Origin: an uncultured delta proteobacterium
Lineage (GTDB): Bacteria > Desulfobacterota > Syntrophorhabdia > Syntrophorhabdales > WCHB1-27
Direction of reading: 5' to 3'
DNA length: 64,000 nucleotides
Assembly: GCA_963810935.1 (NCBI GenBank)
Contig: CAWEPK010000011.1
Location: forward strand, 1 to 64,000
Part shown: positions 43,711 through 53,265 of the stretch, piece after piece
Numbering within the stretch: position 1 is the first letter of the stretch
Layout of the letters: each line of letters opens with the position of its first letter
Position numbers and translations under genes: made by a program
The notes under the pieces: generated by a model
What the model was told of the DNA's origin: nothing
Seen by the model: the letters and a program-made list of their open reading frames with translations, nothing else
The model's database searches: none

Positions 43711-44493
43711 ATGGCGGTAGTTAAATCGGCCGATAGGGTCGTGCTTATACTCGAGGCGATCGCCGAGAGTAAGACGGGCTTGAGTCACGGGGAGATTTCA
43801 AGAAATCTGCGTATCCCCGGTGGAAGCCTGTCATTGCTTCTATCCAACCTAGTCAACCGGGGCTACCTTTCGTACGAACCGCTCGGAAAACTTTATCTCC
43901 TCGGCCCAGGGCTGCTTGTCCTGACGGGCCGCTACCTGAAGAGCCTCGACATCGTTACGGCGGGCAGGCCCATCCTCCACAATCTGGTCGGCGAAATGAA
44001 CGAAGACGCCGAGATCGCCGTGAAAAGAGGCGACCAGGTCATCTTCCTGTATAAAGAGGAATCGCAGAGACCGGTCAAGTATTCCATCGCGCCGGGAGAG
44101 CTTGCGCCCCTTTTCGCCACGTCGGCAGGCAAGTGCATACTCGCATTCGAGGCGGAAGACGAGATCGCGGCCTACCTCGACAGGGTAGCCCTTTCCGCTA
44201 CAACGGAGAACACAATCACCGACAGGGCAGCGCTTCTGCGCGAACTCCACACCATACGCCAAAAAGGCATCGCATACGGCAAGGAAGAGTACCAGAAAGG
44301 CATCTGCGGCATCGCTACGCCCGTGTTCGACATTTACGGCGTCCTTGCCGGGGCCTTAGTGGCTACCTTGCAGGCCGATCGCTTCAACGCGAAGCACAGG
44401 GCCTTTATCGAGCCCAAGCTCCGCGAGGCGGCCCGGACGCTCTCCCGCAGGCTCGGCTTTGCCGGCAGCGAAGAGAGCGGGCCCGCACGTTGA
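43711..44493 (+). CDS. IclR-family transcriptional regulator
   Basis: VKSADRV, HTH, TSAGKCILA, T-NTITD, EEYQKGICGIATP. Confidence 0.93.
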   Translation: MAVVKSADRVVLILEAIAESKTGLSHGEISRNLRIPGGSLSLLLSNLVNRGYLSYEPLGKLYLLGPGLLVLTGRYLKSLDIVTAGRPILHNLVGEMNEDAEIAVKRGDQVIFLYKEESQRPVKYSIAPGELAPLFATSAGKCILAFEAEDEIAAYLDRVALSATTENTITDRAALLRELHTIRQKGIAYGKEEYQKGICGIATPVFDIYGVLAGALVATLQADRFNAKHRAFIEPKLREAARTLSRRLGFAGSEESGPAR

Positions 44494-44524
44494 GAGCGGA
44501 CTGGAGAAAGAGGCATTCACAGAC

Positions 44525-44806
44525 ATGACCATAACACTCGATTCTAACTTCATGCTCCTCGGAGACGCGGACCTGCGGACGATCGATTTCGACAGGGACG
44601 TCAGTCTGGCGGAACTTTTGAATGAGATCTCGAGCCGCTCGACCAACTCCGTGCAAATCCTCGTGACGAACGGGGCGGCGCTTGACGAGGGCTGGGAGGT
44701 CGAGGTGAATGGGTGCACCTTCTTCGGTCTGGTGGACGGGTTGGATACGCTCCTGCACGACGGAGACCGGGTGGCGATAAACCTGTCCCTCATTTGCGGC
44801 GGATAG
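44525..44806 (+). CDS. MoaD/ThiS-like ubiquitin-fold protein ending CGG
   Basis: SLAELL, VEVNG, LDTLLHDGDRVAI...ICGG*; typical beta-grasp sulfur-carrier C-terminus. Confidence 0.8.
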   Translation: MTITLDSNFMLLGDADLRTIDFDRDVSLAELLNEISSRSTNSVQILVTNGAALDEGWEVEVNGCTFFGLVDGLDTLLHDGDRVAINLSLICGG

Positions 44807-44850
44807 GCCAGGAGGGCTGCGTAGGTGCCAAAAATAGACTGGGAGGTATT

Positions 44851-47130
44851 ATGAAGAACTACAAGGTCGTAGGGAAGCCCGTCGAAAGAAAGGACGCCCG
44901 GGTGAAGGCTACGGGGGCAGCCCGTTATGCTGCCGACCTGACGGCCCCCGGCATGCTGCACGGTAAGATACTCCGCAGTCCTTTGGCCCACGCCCGCATC
45001 CTGAATATAGACACGAGCAGGGCAAGGGCGCTCCCCGGCGTAATGGGCGTGATCACGGGCAAGGACTTCCCCGGCATTCCCTTCGGGACCAGGCCCGACA
45101 TAAGGGACCAGCTCCCCATGCCTATAACGAAAGTCCATCACTTCGGCGAGGGCGTAGCGGCCGTAGCCGCCATCGACGAGGACACGGCGGAGGCGGCCCT
45201 TGAGCTCATCAAGGTAGATTACGAGGAGCTGCCGGTAGTGCTGACTGCTAAAGACGCCATGGCCCCGGACGCTCCATTGGTCAACGAGTTCAAGAAGACG
45301 AACATCGCCTATTTCACCGACTTCACCTTCGGCGATGTCGAGACGGGCTTCAAGGAGGCGGACTACATCAGGGAAGAGACCTTCACCTCCCAGCGCGTGA
45401 GCGTCGGCTTCATAGAGCCCCACGCCTGCCTTGCGGAAGTAGACCCTACGGGCAGGGTGCTCCTGCAGGGGTCGAAGCAGAGCCCCTATATCACGTGGCG
45501 GCACATGTGCAGGGCCATGGACATCCCCCTTGCGAAGATGAGGATCCTCAACCCCTTCGTGGGCGGCGGGTTTTCCGGAAAGCACGACCCCTTCGACGTC
45601 GATTTCGCCTCCGTGAAGCTCGCGCAGGTCACGGGCAAGGCCGTAAAGACCGTCCTCAACTACGACGAGGTCCTGGCCGCCTACAGGCAGAGGAACGCCA
45701 TGGACGCGAAGCTCAGGATCGGGGTCAAGAAGAACGGCGCCATCACGGCCCTCTATGCCGAGAACATCCTGGAAGGCGGCCCCATCTCAGGCATAGGCCC
45801 CTTCAACATCTATTACTTCGGCGCCTTCCTCAACATACCGTACAAGATACCGGCCATCGAGTATCACGGAAAGCTCGTCTACTCGAACAGGTCGCCCTGC
45901 GGCACGGTGAGGGGGCAGGAGATAGTCCTTGCCCAGTTCTGCATTGATTCGCTCCTCCATATGGTGGGCGAGGAGATCGGCGTGGACCCCGTCGAGCTGC
46001 GCGCCATCAACGCGGTGCCGAACAACTGGCACTGCGCCAACGGCATCGTCGTAGACGTCTCCGGCCTTTCAGAGTGCATTGCGCAGTCTTCGGAGAAGAT
46101 CGGCTGGAAGGAGTCCAGGAAGTCGCGGCCCGAAGGCCGGGGTATAGGCTTCAGTTGCGCGTCCCATCCGTCGGGACCGAGGCTCGGCGGCCACTTCGGC
46201 TCTTCCGTCATGATGAAGCTCCTCGAAGACGGCCAGGTGATCGTCACGCACGGCGCGACGGAGATCGGACAGGGCGCGAACACGGTCTTCTGCCAGATGG
46301 CGGCCGAGGAGCTGGGCCTGCCCTACGAGGACATCCTTCAGGGAGTGAGCGACTCGGACACGACGATCTTCGACTCGGGCATGTTCGGCGACCGCGCGAC
46401 CTTCTGGGACGGCAACGCTACGATAGCTGCGGCCAGAGACTTGAAGAAACAGCTTGCGGACATATGCGCGCCCTCCCTTAAAGCGGCGCCGGAGGAGATA
46501 GAGTTCGAAGACAAGCGCGTCTTCGTGAGGGGCGAGCCGGAGCGGGGGATCGACTGGCTCCAGGCTGTGCGGAAGGCGTACTACGAGAAAGGGGCGCCCC
46601 TTTACGGCCGCGGGACCTGGGCGGCCCTCGATATCGACATCGTTGACTGGAAGACGGGCAAAGGCAACCTCGTCCACGGCCTCGACTTCATCGCTACGGC
46701 GGTGGAAGTCGATGTGGATAAGGAGACGGGCAAGGTGAACCTTATCAAGGCAGTCCACGGCGACGACGCCGGGCAGCCCATCAACCCGGCGACGCTGGAA
46801 GGCCAGGTGAACGGCGGCAGCGCGCACATGTCCGGCCACGCACTCTACGAGGAATCGTTCTACGACGAGAAAGGGCGCGCTTTGAACTATAGTTGGCGCG
46901 ACTACAAGCAGCCGACGGCCCTCGACGTTCCCGAGTACCACGTGGAGCACGTGCACACGCACGACCCGTACGGTCCTTTCGGCGCGAAGGGCGCAGGCGA
47001 GGCAAGCTCATGCTCAACGATGGCCGCTATAGCCAACGGCATTTACGACGCAGTAGGAGTGCGCATCAAGGACCTGCCCATCACGCCGGAGAAGATTCTC
47101 GCGGCGCTCAAGGTAAAGGAGGGCAAGTGA
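44851..47130 (+). CDS. Xanthine-oxidase-family molybdopterin-binding subunit (HcrA/CoxL-like)
   Basis: KATGAARYAAD, ILRSPLAHARI, VGGGFSGK, GATEIGQG, EGQVNGG, GPFGAKGAGE, LPITPEK; GGAGG SD. Confidence 0.93.
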   Translation: MKNYKVVGKPVERKDARVKATGAARYAADLTAPGMLHGKILRSPLAHARILNIDTSRARALPGVMGVITGKDFPGIPFGTRPDIRDQLPMPITKVHHFGEGVAAVAAIDEDTAEAALELIKVDYEELPVVLTAKDAMAPDAPLVNEFKKTNIAYFTDFTFGDVETGFKEADYIREETFTSQRVSVGFIEPHACLAEVDPTGRVLLQGSKQSPYITWRHMCRAMDIPLAKMRILNPFVGGGFSGKHDPFDVDFASVKLAQVTGKAVKTVLNYDEVLAAYRQRNAMDAKLRIGVKKNGAITALYAENILEGGPISGIGPFNIYYFGAFLNIPYKIPAIEYHGKLVYSNRSPCGTVRGQEIVLAQFCIDSLLHMVGEEIGVDPVELRAINAVPNNWHCANGIVVDVSGLSECIAQSSEKIGWKESRKSRPEGRGIGFSCASHPSGPRLGGHFGSSVMMKLLEDGQVIVTHGATEIGQGANTVFCQMAAEELGLPYEDILQGVSDSDTTIFDSGMFGDRATFWDGNATIAAARDLKKQLADICAPSLKAAPEEIEFEDKRVFVRGEPERGIDWLQAVRKAYYEKGAPLYGRGTWAALDIDIVDWKTGKGNLVHGLDFIATAVEVDVDKETGKVNLIKAVHGDDAGQPINPATLEGQVNGGSAHMSGHALYEESFYDEKGRALNYSWRDYKQPTALDVPEYHVEHVHTHDPYGPFGAKGAGEASSCSTMAAIANGIYDAVGVRIKDLPITPEKILAALKVKEGK

Positions 47131-48014
47131 TGTTTATACGAAGATTATCCCCATTCGAATACCACACGCCGGCAAGCGTGAGTGAGGCCCTGGGCCTTAT
47201 GGGCCGGTTCGGACAGGCCGGACGGCTGATAGCGGGGGGCACGGACCTTCTGATCGCAATGAAGAAGCGCGAGGTCGCCGCCGGCCACCTTATCAGCCTG
47301 GCCGGAATCAACGCATTGAAGGGCATAAGCTTTGACGAGAAGTCGGGCCTTCGCATCGGCAGCCTTACGACGCTGGCCGAGATCGAGGCCTCCGACGCGA
47401 TAAAGAAAACCTACGCACCCCTATGGGACGCGGTCAACGTAATGGCCTCCGCCCAGGTTAGGACGATAGCCACTATCGGTGGGAACCTGTGCAGCGCCGC
47501 CCCGTCGGCCGATACCGCCGCTCCGCTCATCGCGCTCGGGGCGTCCGTTCAGGTTTCAGGGCCGAAAGGCGACAGGACGATACCGATAGAAGACTTCTTC
47601 ACCGGACCCAAGGCATGCGCCTGTGGAACGGAAGAGATAGTGACGGCCGTAATGGTGCCCAAGCCCGCTCCCCTTTCCGGGGGCTGCTACCTGAAACTGA
47701 TGCGCAGAAGCGCCATGGACCTCGCGCTGGTCGGCGCGGCCGCCTGTCTCACCGTGGACGACAAAGGCGTTTGCAAAGCAGCGAGGATTGCCCTGGCTGC
47801 CGTGGCCCCTACACCTATCCGGGTGCCTGAGGTGGAAGAGCGGCTCGTCGGGAAGGCCCTCGACGAAGCGGTGGCCGTTGCAGCCGGCAACATCGCGGGC
47901 GCGCAGTGCCGCCCCATCACGGACCTCAGGGCGTCGCTCGAATATCGCTGCGAAATGGTGGGGGTACTTACAAAAAGGGCCGTCATGGAAGCCACAAGAC
48001 GGATCGTTGGTTAA
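47130..48014 (+). CDS. Xanthine-oxidase-family FAD-binding subunit (CoxM-like, no [4Fe-4S] insert)
   Basis: FEYHTP, IAGGTDL, ATIGGNLCSAAPSAD, AVAPTP, PITDLRAS-EYR. Confidence 0.92.
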   Translation: MFIRRLSPFEYHTPASVSEALGLMGRFGQAGRLIAGGTDLLIAMKKREVAAGHLISLAGINALKGISFDEKSGLRIGSLTTLAEIEASDAIKKTYAPLWDAVNVMASAQVRTIATIGGNLCSAAPSADTAAPLIALGASVQVSGPKGDRTIPIEDFFTGPKACACGTEEIVTAVMVPKPAPLSGGCYLKLMRRSAMDLALVGAAACLTVDDKGVCKAARIALAAVAPTPIRVPEVEERLVGKALDEAVAVAAGNIAGAQCRPITDLRASLEYRCEMVGVLTKRAVMEATRRIVG

Positions 48015-48024
48015 TGGAGGCGAC

Positions 48025-48507
48025 ATGAAGCAGGATATAGTGCTGAAAGTAAACGGGGAGACTTATAACGTCAGCGTAGATACGCACAGGACACTCGTGG
48101 AGGTCCTCCGCGAAACGCTCGGTTTTACCGGGACCAAGAAATCTTGCAATGAAGGGGAATGCGGTGCCTGCACGGTGCTCATGGACGGAAAAGCCGTCGC
48201 CTCCTGCCTCATCCTGGCGGTTGCCGCACAGGGGAAGGAAATCACGACTATAGAGGGCCTCAACGAGGGAGAGAAACTCCATCCCATCCAGGAGGCATTT
48301 GTTAAGCACGCGGCTATCCAGTGCGGCTTCTGCACGCCGGGCATGGTGCTGGCGTCGAAGGCCCTGTTGGACCGGAACCCCGAGCCGACGACGGCCGAGG
48401 TGCGAAAGGCGATCTCGGGAAATCTCTGCCGGTGCACGGGATACCAGCAGATCGTCGATGCCGTAATGGCGGCTGCTGCTGCGATGAAGGCCGGTATGCC
48501 CGTCTAG
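48025..48507 (+). CDS. Xanthine-oxidase-family 2x[2Fe-2S] subunit
   Basis: GTKKSCNEGECGACTV...SC, QCGFCTPG, GNLCRCTGY. Confidence 0.95.
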   Translation: MKQDIVLKVNGETYNVSVDTHRTLVEVLRETLGFTGTKKSCNEGECGACTVLMDGKAVASCLILAVAAQGKEITTIEGLNEGEKLHPIQEAFVKHAAIQCGFCTPGMVLASKALLDRNPEPTTAEVRKAISGNLCRCTGYQQIVDAVMAAAAAMKAGMPV

Positions 48508-48537
48508 AGGCCCGCTCAAAGAGAGAAGGAGGAGCAA

Positions 48538-50205
48538 ATGCTCGAAGGCTTCGTGTCTTATCCCGAGTCTTTTGTGAAACTGTACAGGGAGAGGGGCCTG
48601 TGGGTCGATAAGACCATGGGGGAGGAACTGGATGGGGCCGTCGCCCGCTACGGCGACAGGGTGGCGCTGGCCTGCAACGGCCGGCACGTCACATACAGGG
48701 AGCTCGGCGAGAAAGCGACCCGCCTCGCCCTCCACTTCATAGACAAGGGCCTTCGGACCTACGACCGCATTATCATGCAGCTCCCGAACGAGCTGGAGTT
48801 CGCATACTGTTTCTACGCGGCTGCCAAGATAGGGGCCATCCCCATCATGTCGCTGCCTGCCCACAGAAGTCCCGAGATAACGTTTTTTGCGCAGTTCACC
48901 GGCGCGCGGGCGCATTTCATGCCTGCCGGCTACAAGGACTTTTCCCATCAGGCCCTCTCGCGCGAGGTGCGGGAGAAGGCGCCCGGCATGACGCTCCAGT
49001 TCGTCTCCGGCGGCCCTGTAGAAGAGGGTTTCATCTCGATATCGGACCTGCTCGAAGACAGGATCGAAGAGCACGTGCCTGCAAGCCGGCTCGCCGACTT
49101 CCGCCCTGACCCCCTGGAACCGGGCATTTTCCAGCTTTCCGGCGGGACGACGGGTGTCCCCAAGATCATCCCGAGGACCCACAACGACTACAGCCTCAAC
49201 TTCAAGGCGGTCGCCGACATCTGCGCTGTCAACGAGCAGTCGGTCGTCGGTATCGCCATCCCGGTCAACCATAACTTTGCCCTTTCGTGCCCCGGCCTCT
49301 TAGGCGGCCTTTGCAGCGGGGCGAAGGTCGTCCTTATCGGGAGCCCGAGGACGGAGACCGTGCTGGACGCGATCCAGAAAGAGAAGATCACCATCATGCC
49401 TACGCCCCCCGCCCTTCTCATAAGGTGGATGGAGTTCCCCCGGCTTAGCGAGTATGACCTGTCTTCCCTGCGCTACGTAATTGCGGGCGGGGCCAGGCTC
49501 GTTGCGGAGGTGGCTAGGAAGATCCGCCCTGTGCTGGGCTGCGATTATTTCCAGAACCTCGGCATGGGCGAGGGCATGGGCTTCTGGAGCCGCATCGGAG
49601 ACGGGGAAGACCTGCTTCTCAACTCGCAGGGCGCGCCCATGTTTGAGGAGGACGAAGTCCGCGTGGTCGACGAGAACGAAAAGGATGTGCCTTACGGGGA
49701 GAGGGGGAGCTGCTCGTGCGCGGTCCGATAACGATCAGGGGCTACTACAACTCGCCCGAATACAACAAGAAGGCATTCACCGCAGACGGCTTCTACAGGA
49801 CCGGCGACGTAGTGCGGATGTACAAGGGGCGCTACCTCTCCGTCGATGGGAGGATCAAAGGATACGATAAACCGGGGCGCGGAGAAGATTAGCGCCGAGG
49901 AGGTGGAAAACCAGATCCTGGCGCACCCGGACGTCGAGAACTGCGCCTATGTCGCAATGCCCGACCGGGTGCTGGGCGAGAAGGCGTGCGCCTTCGTCCT
50001 CCCCAAGCCGGGAAAGACGCTTAACCTCCAGGGCCTTCAGGCGTTTCTCAAGGACGAGAGGAACGTCACAGTATTCAAGCTGCCGGAACGGTTGGAAATA
50101 GTCGATACCTTTCCTATGACGAACATAGGCAAGATCGACAAGAAGGAGTTTCGCCGCATTATAGCAGAAAAGATCGAGGCCGAAGAGAAGGGAGGTGGGC
50201 ATTAA
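48538..50205 (+). CDS. EntE/DhbE/salicylate-AMP-ligase-like aryl adenylating enzyme (two compensating indels near 49700 and 49860)
   Basis: [69 protein letters not shown]. Confidence 0.85.
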
Positions 50206-50465
50206 GCCTTGGGGGCAAGGCTGCAAATAAAAAATCACCGATCATAGGAGAAAAAGATACCTACGGCCTATCAGTATTAAGGGTCGTACGATATTAACAA
50301 GAGGACCGGGCGCGCCGGCTGTTTCATCGCGGCGCGCCCGATTATTACCCCACCCATCCGACCGCACATTCCTTCTGTTGACAACGAGTGCGGGGCCGTG
50401 TGATCATAGCTGGTGCAGCCCATCTGCCCTACATCCGCGACCGGCAAAAGGACAAACGATCCATC

Positions 50466-51660
50466 ATGACCGAGCACATCGAGCTTACGCCGAAAGAAGA
50501 GATATTTAGCCGCATCGGCCGCCTCAGGCAAAGCATGGGAGACGCCGGCATCGATTTCTGCGTCATCATGCAAAACGTGGACATGTACTATTTCACGGGG
50601 ACCGTCCAGAAGGGGACGCTCGTGGTGTCTGTCGAGGGCGACCCCATCTTCTTCGTGGAAAAAAGCGCGGAGCGGGCCGTATCCGAGACGCCGCTCGCAA
50701 TCACCGCGATAAAACGCGACAGGGATATAAAGGACGTCCTTCTCAGCAGGAAGGTACTCAGGGGGAGAGGGGCGATGGAGCTCGATGTCATCCCCGTTTC
50801 CGTTTTCGAGAGGTTCAAGGGCATTGTCGGCTTCGAGAGCTTTCGTCAATGCGACGCCCCTCGTGAAGGGGCTGCGGGAGACAAAGAGCGCATTCGAGCT
50901 CGACCAGGTCAGGAAATCGGGCGCGATAATGCGTCACGTCTTTGCGAAGGCGAGGGAGGTGATCGCCGAAGACCTGCGCGAGCTCGACATCGACGCGGAG
51001 CTGATCGCCGAAGGCAGAAGGCGGGGCCACCAGGGGTTTTTGCGGATGAGGGGCTTCAACCTGGAAATGACGACCATTACCGTCGCCAACGGCCTCACTG
51101 CCGCCCTGCCGTCTCCCTCCGATGTCCCCGTCGGCGGCCGCGGGGTAACGCCCGCCATACCCATGGGGTCGTCGCAAAAAAAGATCGAGAAAGGCATACC
51201 GATCTGCATCGATTACGGCGGAGGATACAACGGATACGTGACGGACGAGACATACGTCTTCGTCATCGGGAAGATGGAAGAGAAGTACAGGCTGCCGTAC
51301 GAGACGTCAAGGCGGATCCTCGATGACGCGATGGCTTTCGGCAGGGAAGGGGTCGATGCGGTCGAGCTTTACGAGAGGGCGGCCGCAATAGCGAAAAAGG
51401 CGGGCCTTACAGACAATTTCATGGGCTTCGGCGAGGGCAAGGTTTCTTTTGTCGGACACGGCCTGGGCCTTGAGATCAACGAGCTGCCCGTAATCACGGC
51501 GAGGCACCACACGGCGCTTCGCGAAGGGATGGTCTTCGCCTTCGAGCCTAAATTCGTGCTCCCCAATCAGGGGTCGATAGGGGTGGAGCTCGATTTTATA
51601 GTCCGAAAAAACGGTCTTGAGCGGGTGACGGACATCACCCCCAACATAGTATATCTGTAA
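50466..51660 (+). CDS. M24 (Xaa-Pro peptidase) family protein (1-bp insertion near 50842)
   Basis: YYFTGTVQ, YNGYVTDET, GHGLGLEINE, AFEPK. Confidence 0.85.
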
Positions 51661-51741
51661 TGTCGTATCACGCGCATTCCGACGTATTTACCGTGCAAAA
51701 AGCGTTCTTGCAAATGTCCGTCGATGTCTGTACAATCAAAC

Positions 51742-53265
51742 ATGGCCATTGCTTCTATTCTAAAAAAGCATCAGGCCGACATCGTAGACGAGTGGGTCCG
51801 CCGGCTCCACGAATCGGAAAGCCCCAGGTACCACGGCCGCCCGTTCGATGAACTTTACCTAACCGTCTCCAGGGCCAACGCAGGTAACTACGCCGTCCTC
51901 GTACACGACGACTATTCGGCCATAAACAGCCATATCGAGTGGATCAGCAAGCTGCGCCTGGAGGGCGGGTTCTCCCTTTCGGATGTCCAGCACGCCTACG
52001 AGCTTTACCGCTCGATCCTCACGCCTACCCTCCTTGCGCAGCTTTCCGGCAAAGAGCTTTCCGCGACGATAGACAAGCTCAACGCATGTCTCTTCTACAC
52101 GATAACGAGGTTCAGCGACTACTTCCAGTCCCTCCATGAAGCGCGCATACGGGAGCACGCGCGCGAGCTGGAGCACAAGGTGGATGAGCGGACGAAGGAG
52201 CTTGCCGAATCGGAGTCGAAGTACCGCGTCCTCGTCGAAGAGATCAACGACGGCTATTTCGTTGTGCAGGACGGCCTGATCGTCTTTGCGAACCCGGCCT
52301 ACTGCGAGCTTCACGGGTATACCGCAGGCGAGATCATCGGCAAGCCGTACACCGAGCTTATCGCACCCCGGTCCCTGCCTGCTGTTTCGAGGTTCTATCA
52401 GAAAAGGGTGGCCGGGGCGGAGAGCAAAGACCTCTATGCGTACCTGCGGCGCGACAAGAGCGGTATGAGTCGCCCGACGGAGAATAAGGTTAAGCGCATA
52501 ACTTACGACGGCCGTCCGGCGGTGGCAGGCATCTGCCGCGACATAACGGAGCGCATAGAGACGGAAAAGCGGATAAGGGAGGCGGAGCGCTTTGCCTATA
52601 TCGGCAAACTGACAACATCCCTGGCCCACGAGATAAGGAACCCCCTGTGCTCCGTCAAGCTCAACAGCCAGATCCTCCTCAAGAACACGCCCTTCGGCGG
52701 CAACGACAAAAGACGCATGGAGATCGTGGTGCATGAGATATCGAGGCTCGAGCGGATACTCGACGAGATGCTTGACTACGCGAAGCCCTTGAGTCTCAAG
52801 ATGCAGATGGGCTCTCTCAAGAAAATCATCGATTCCTGCCTGGAGACAATAGACGTGCGGATAAGGGAAAAAGGGATCGAGGTGAAGAAACGGTACTCCG
52901 ACCGCCGCATGGGCCGGCTGCTCTTCGACGGGGAAAAGATGGAGCAGGCCATGATCAACATACTCATCAACGCGGTAGACGCCATCCAGAAGGGCGGCGT
53001 TATCGAGATTACGTCGAAAACAGCGCCCGGGAACGGTGCGTCGCTCAGGGTCGAGATATGCGACAACGGGCAGGGTATACCCGCGGAGGACCTGCCCTTC
53101 GTCTTCGACCCTTTTTTCAGCCGTAAGAAAGGCGGCACGGGCCTGGGCCTCGTGAACGTCAAGAAGATCGTCGAGGCGCACGGGGGCCGTGTAGACCTCG
53201 TATCCAGGAAACCCAAAGGCACGATTCTCGGCTTCACCTTGCCGGTTAAGGAGGAATTGCCTTGA
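51742..53265 (+). CDS. Soluble PAS sensor histidine kinase with an RsbRD_N-like N-terminal domain
   Basis: IVDEW...RLEGGFSLSDV, PAS, LAHEIRNPL, NILINA, DNGQGI, FDPFF, GTGLGL; start 51742 or 51724. Confidence 0.9.
   Translation: MAIASILKKHQADIVDEWVRRLHESESPRYHGRPFDELYLTVSRANAGNYAVLVHDDYSAINSHIEWISKLRLEGGFSLSDVQHAYELYRSILTPTLLAQLSGKELSATIDKLNACLFYTITRFSDYFQSLHEARIREHARELEHKVDERTKELAESESKYRVLVEEINDGYFVVQDGLIVFANPAYCELHGYTAGEIIGKPYTELIAPRSLPAVSRFYQKRVAGAESKDLYAYLRRDKSGMSRPTENKVKRITYDGRPAVAGICRDITERIETEKRIREAERFAYIGKLTTSLAHEIRNPLCSVKLNSQILLKNTPFGGNDKRRMEIVVHEISRLERILDEMLDYAKPLSLKMQMGSLKKIIDSCLETIDVRIREKGIEVKKRYSDRRMGRLLFDGEKMEQAMINILINAVDAIQKGGVIEITSKTAPGNGASLRVEICDNGQGIPAEDLPFVFDPFFSRKKGGTGLGLVNVKKIVEAHGGRVDLVSRKPKGTILGFTLPVKEELP

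Noticed and set aside
44851..48507. Calling the Mo enzyme 4-hydroxybenzoyl-CoA reductase (hcrABC) or aerobic CO dehydrogenase
   Set aside because: The FAD subunit lacks the HcrB [4Fe-4S] insertion, and the large subunit lacks the CoxL AYxCSFR loop (it has CGTVRGQ).
48538..50205. Siderophore biosynthesis (entE/dhbE)
   Set aside because: No isochorismate synthase, carrier protein, NRPS or TonB receptor nearby; the context is catabolic.
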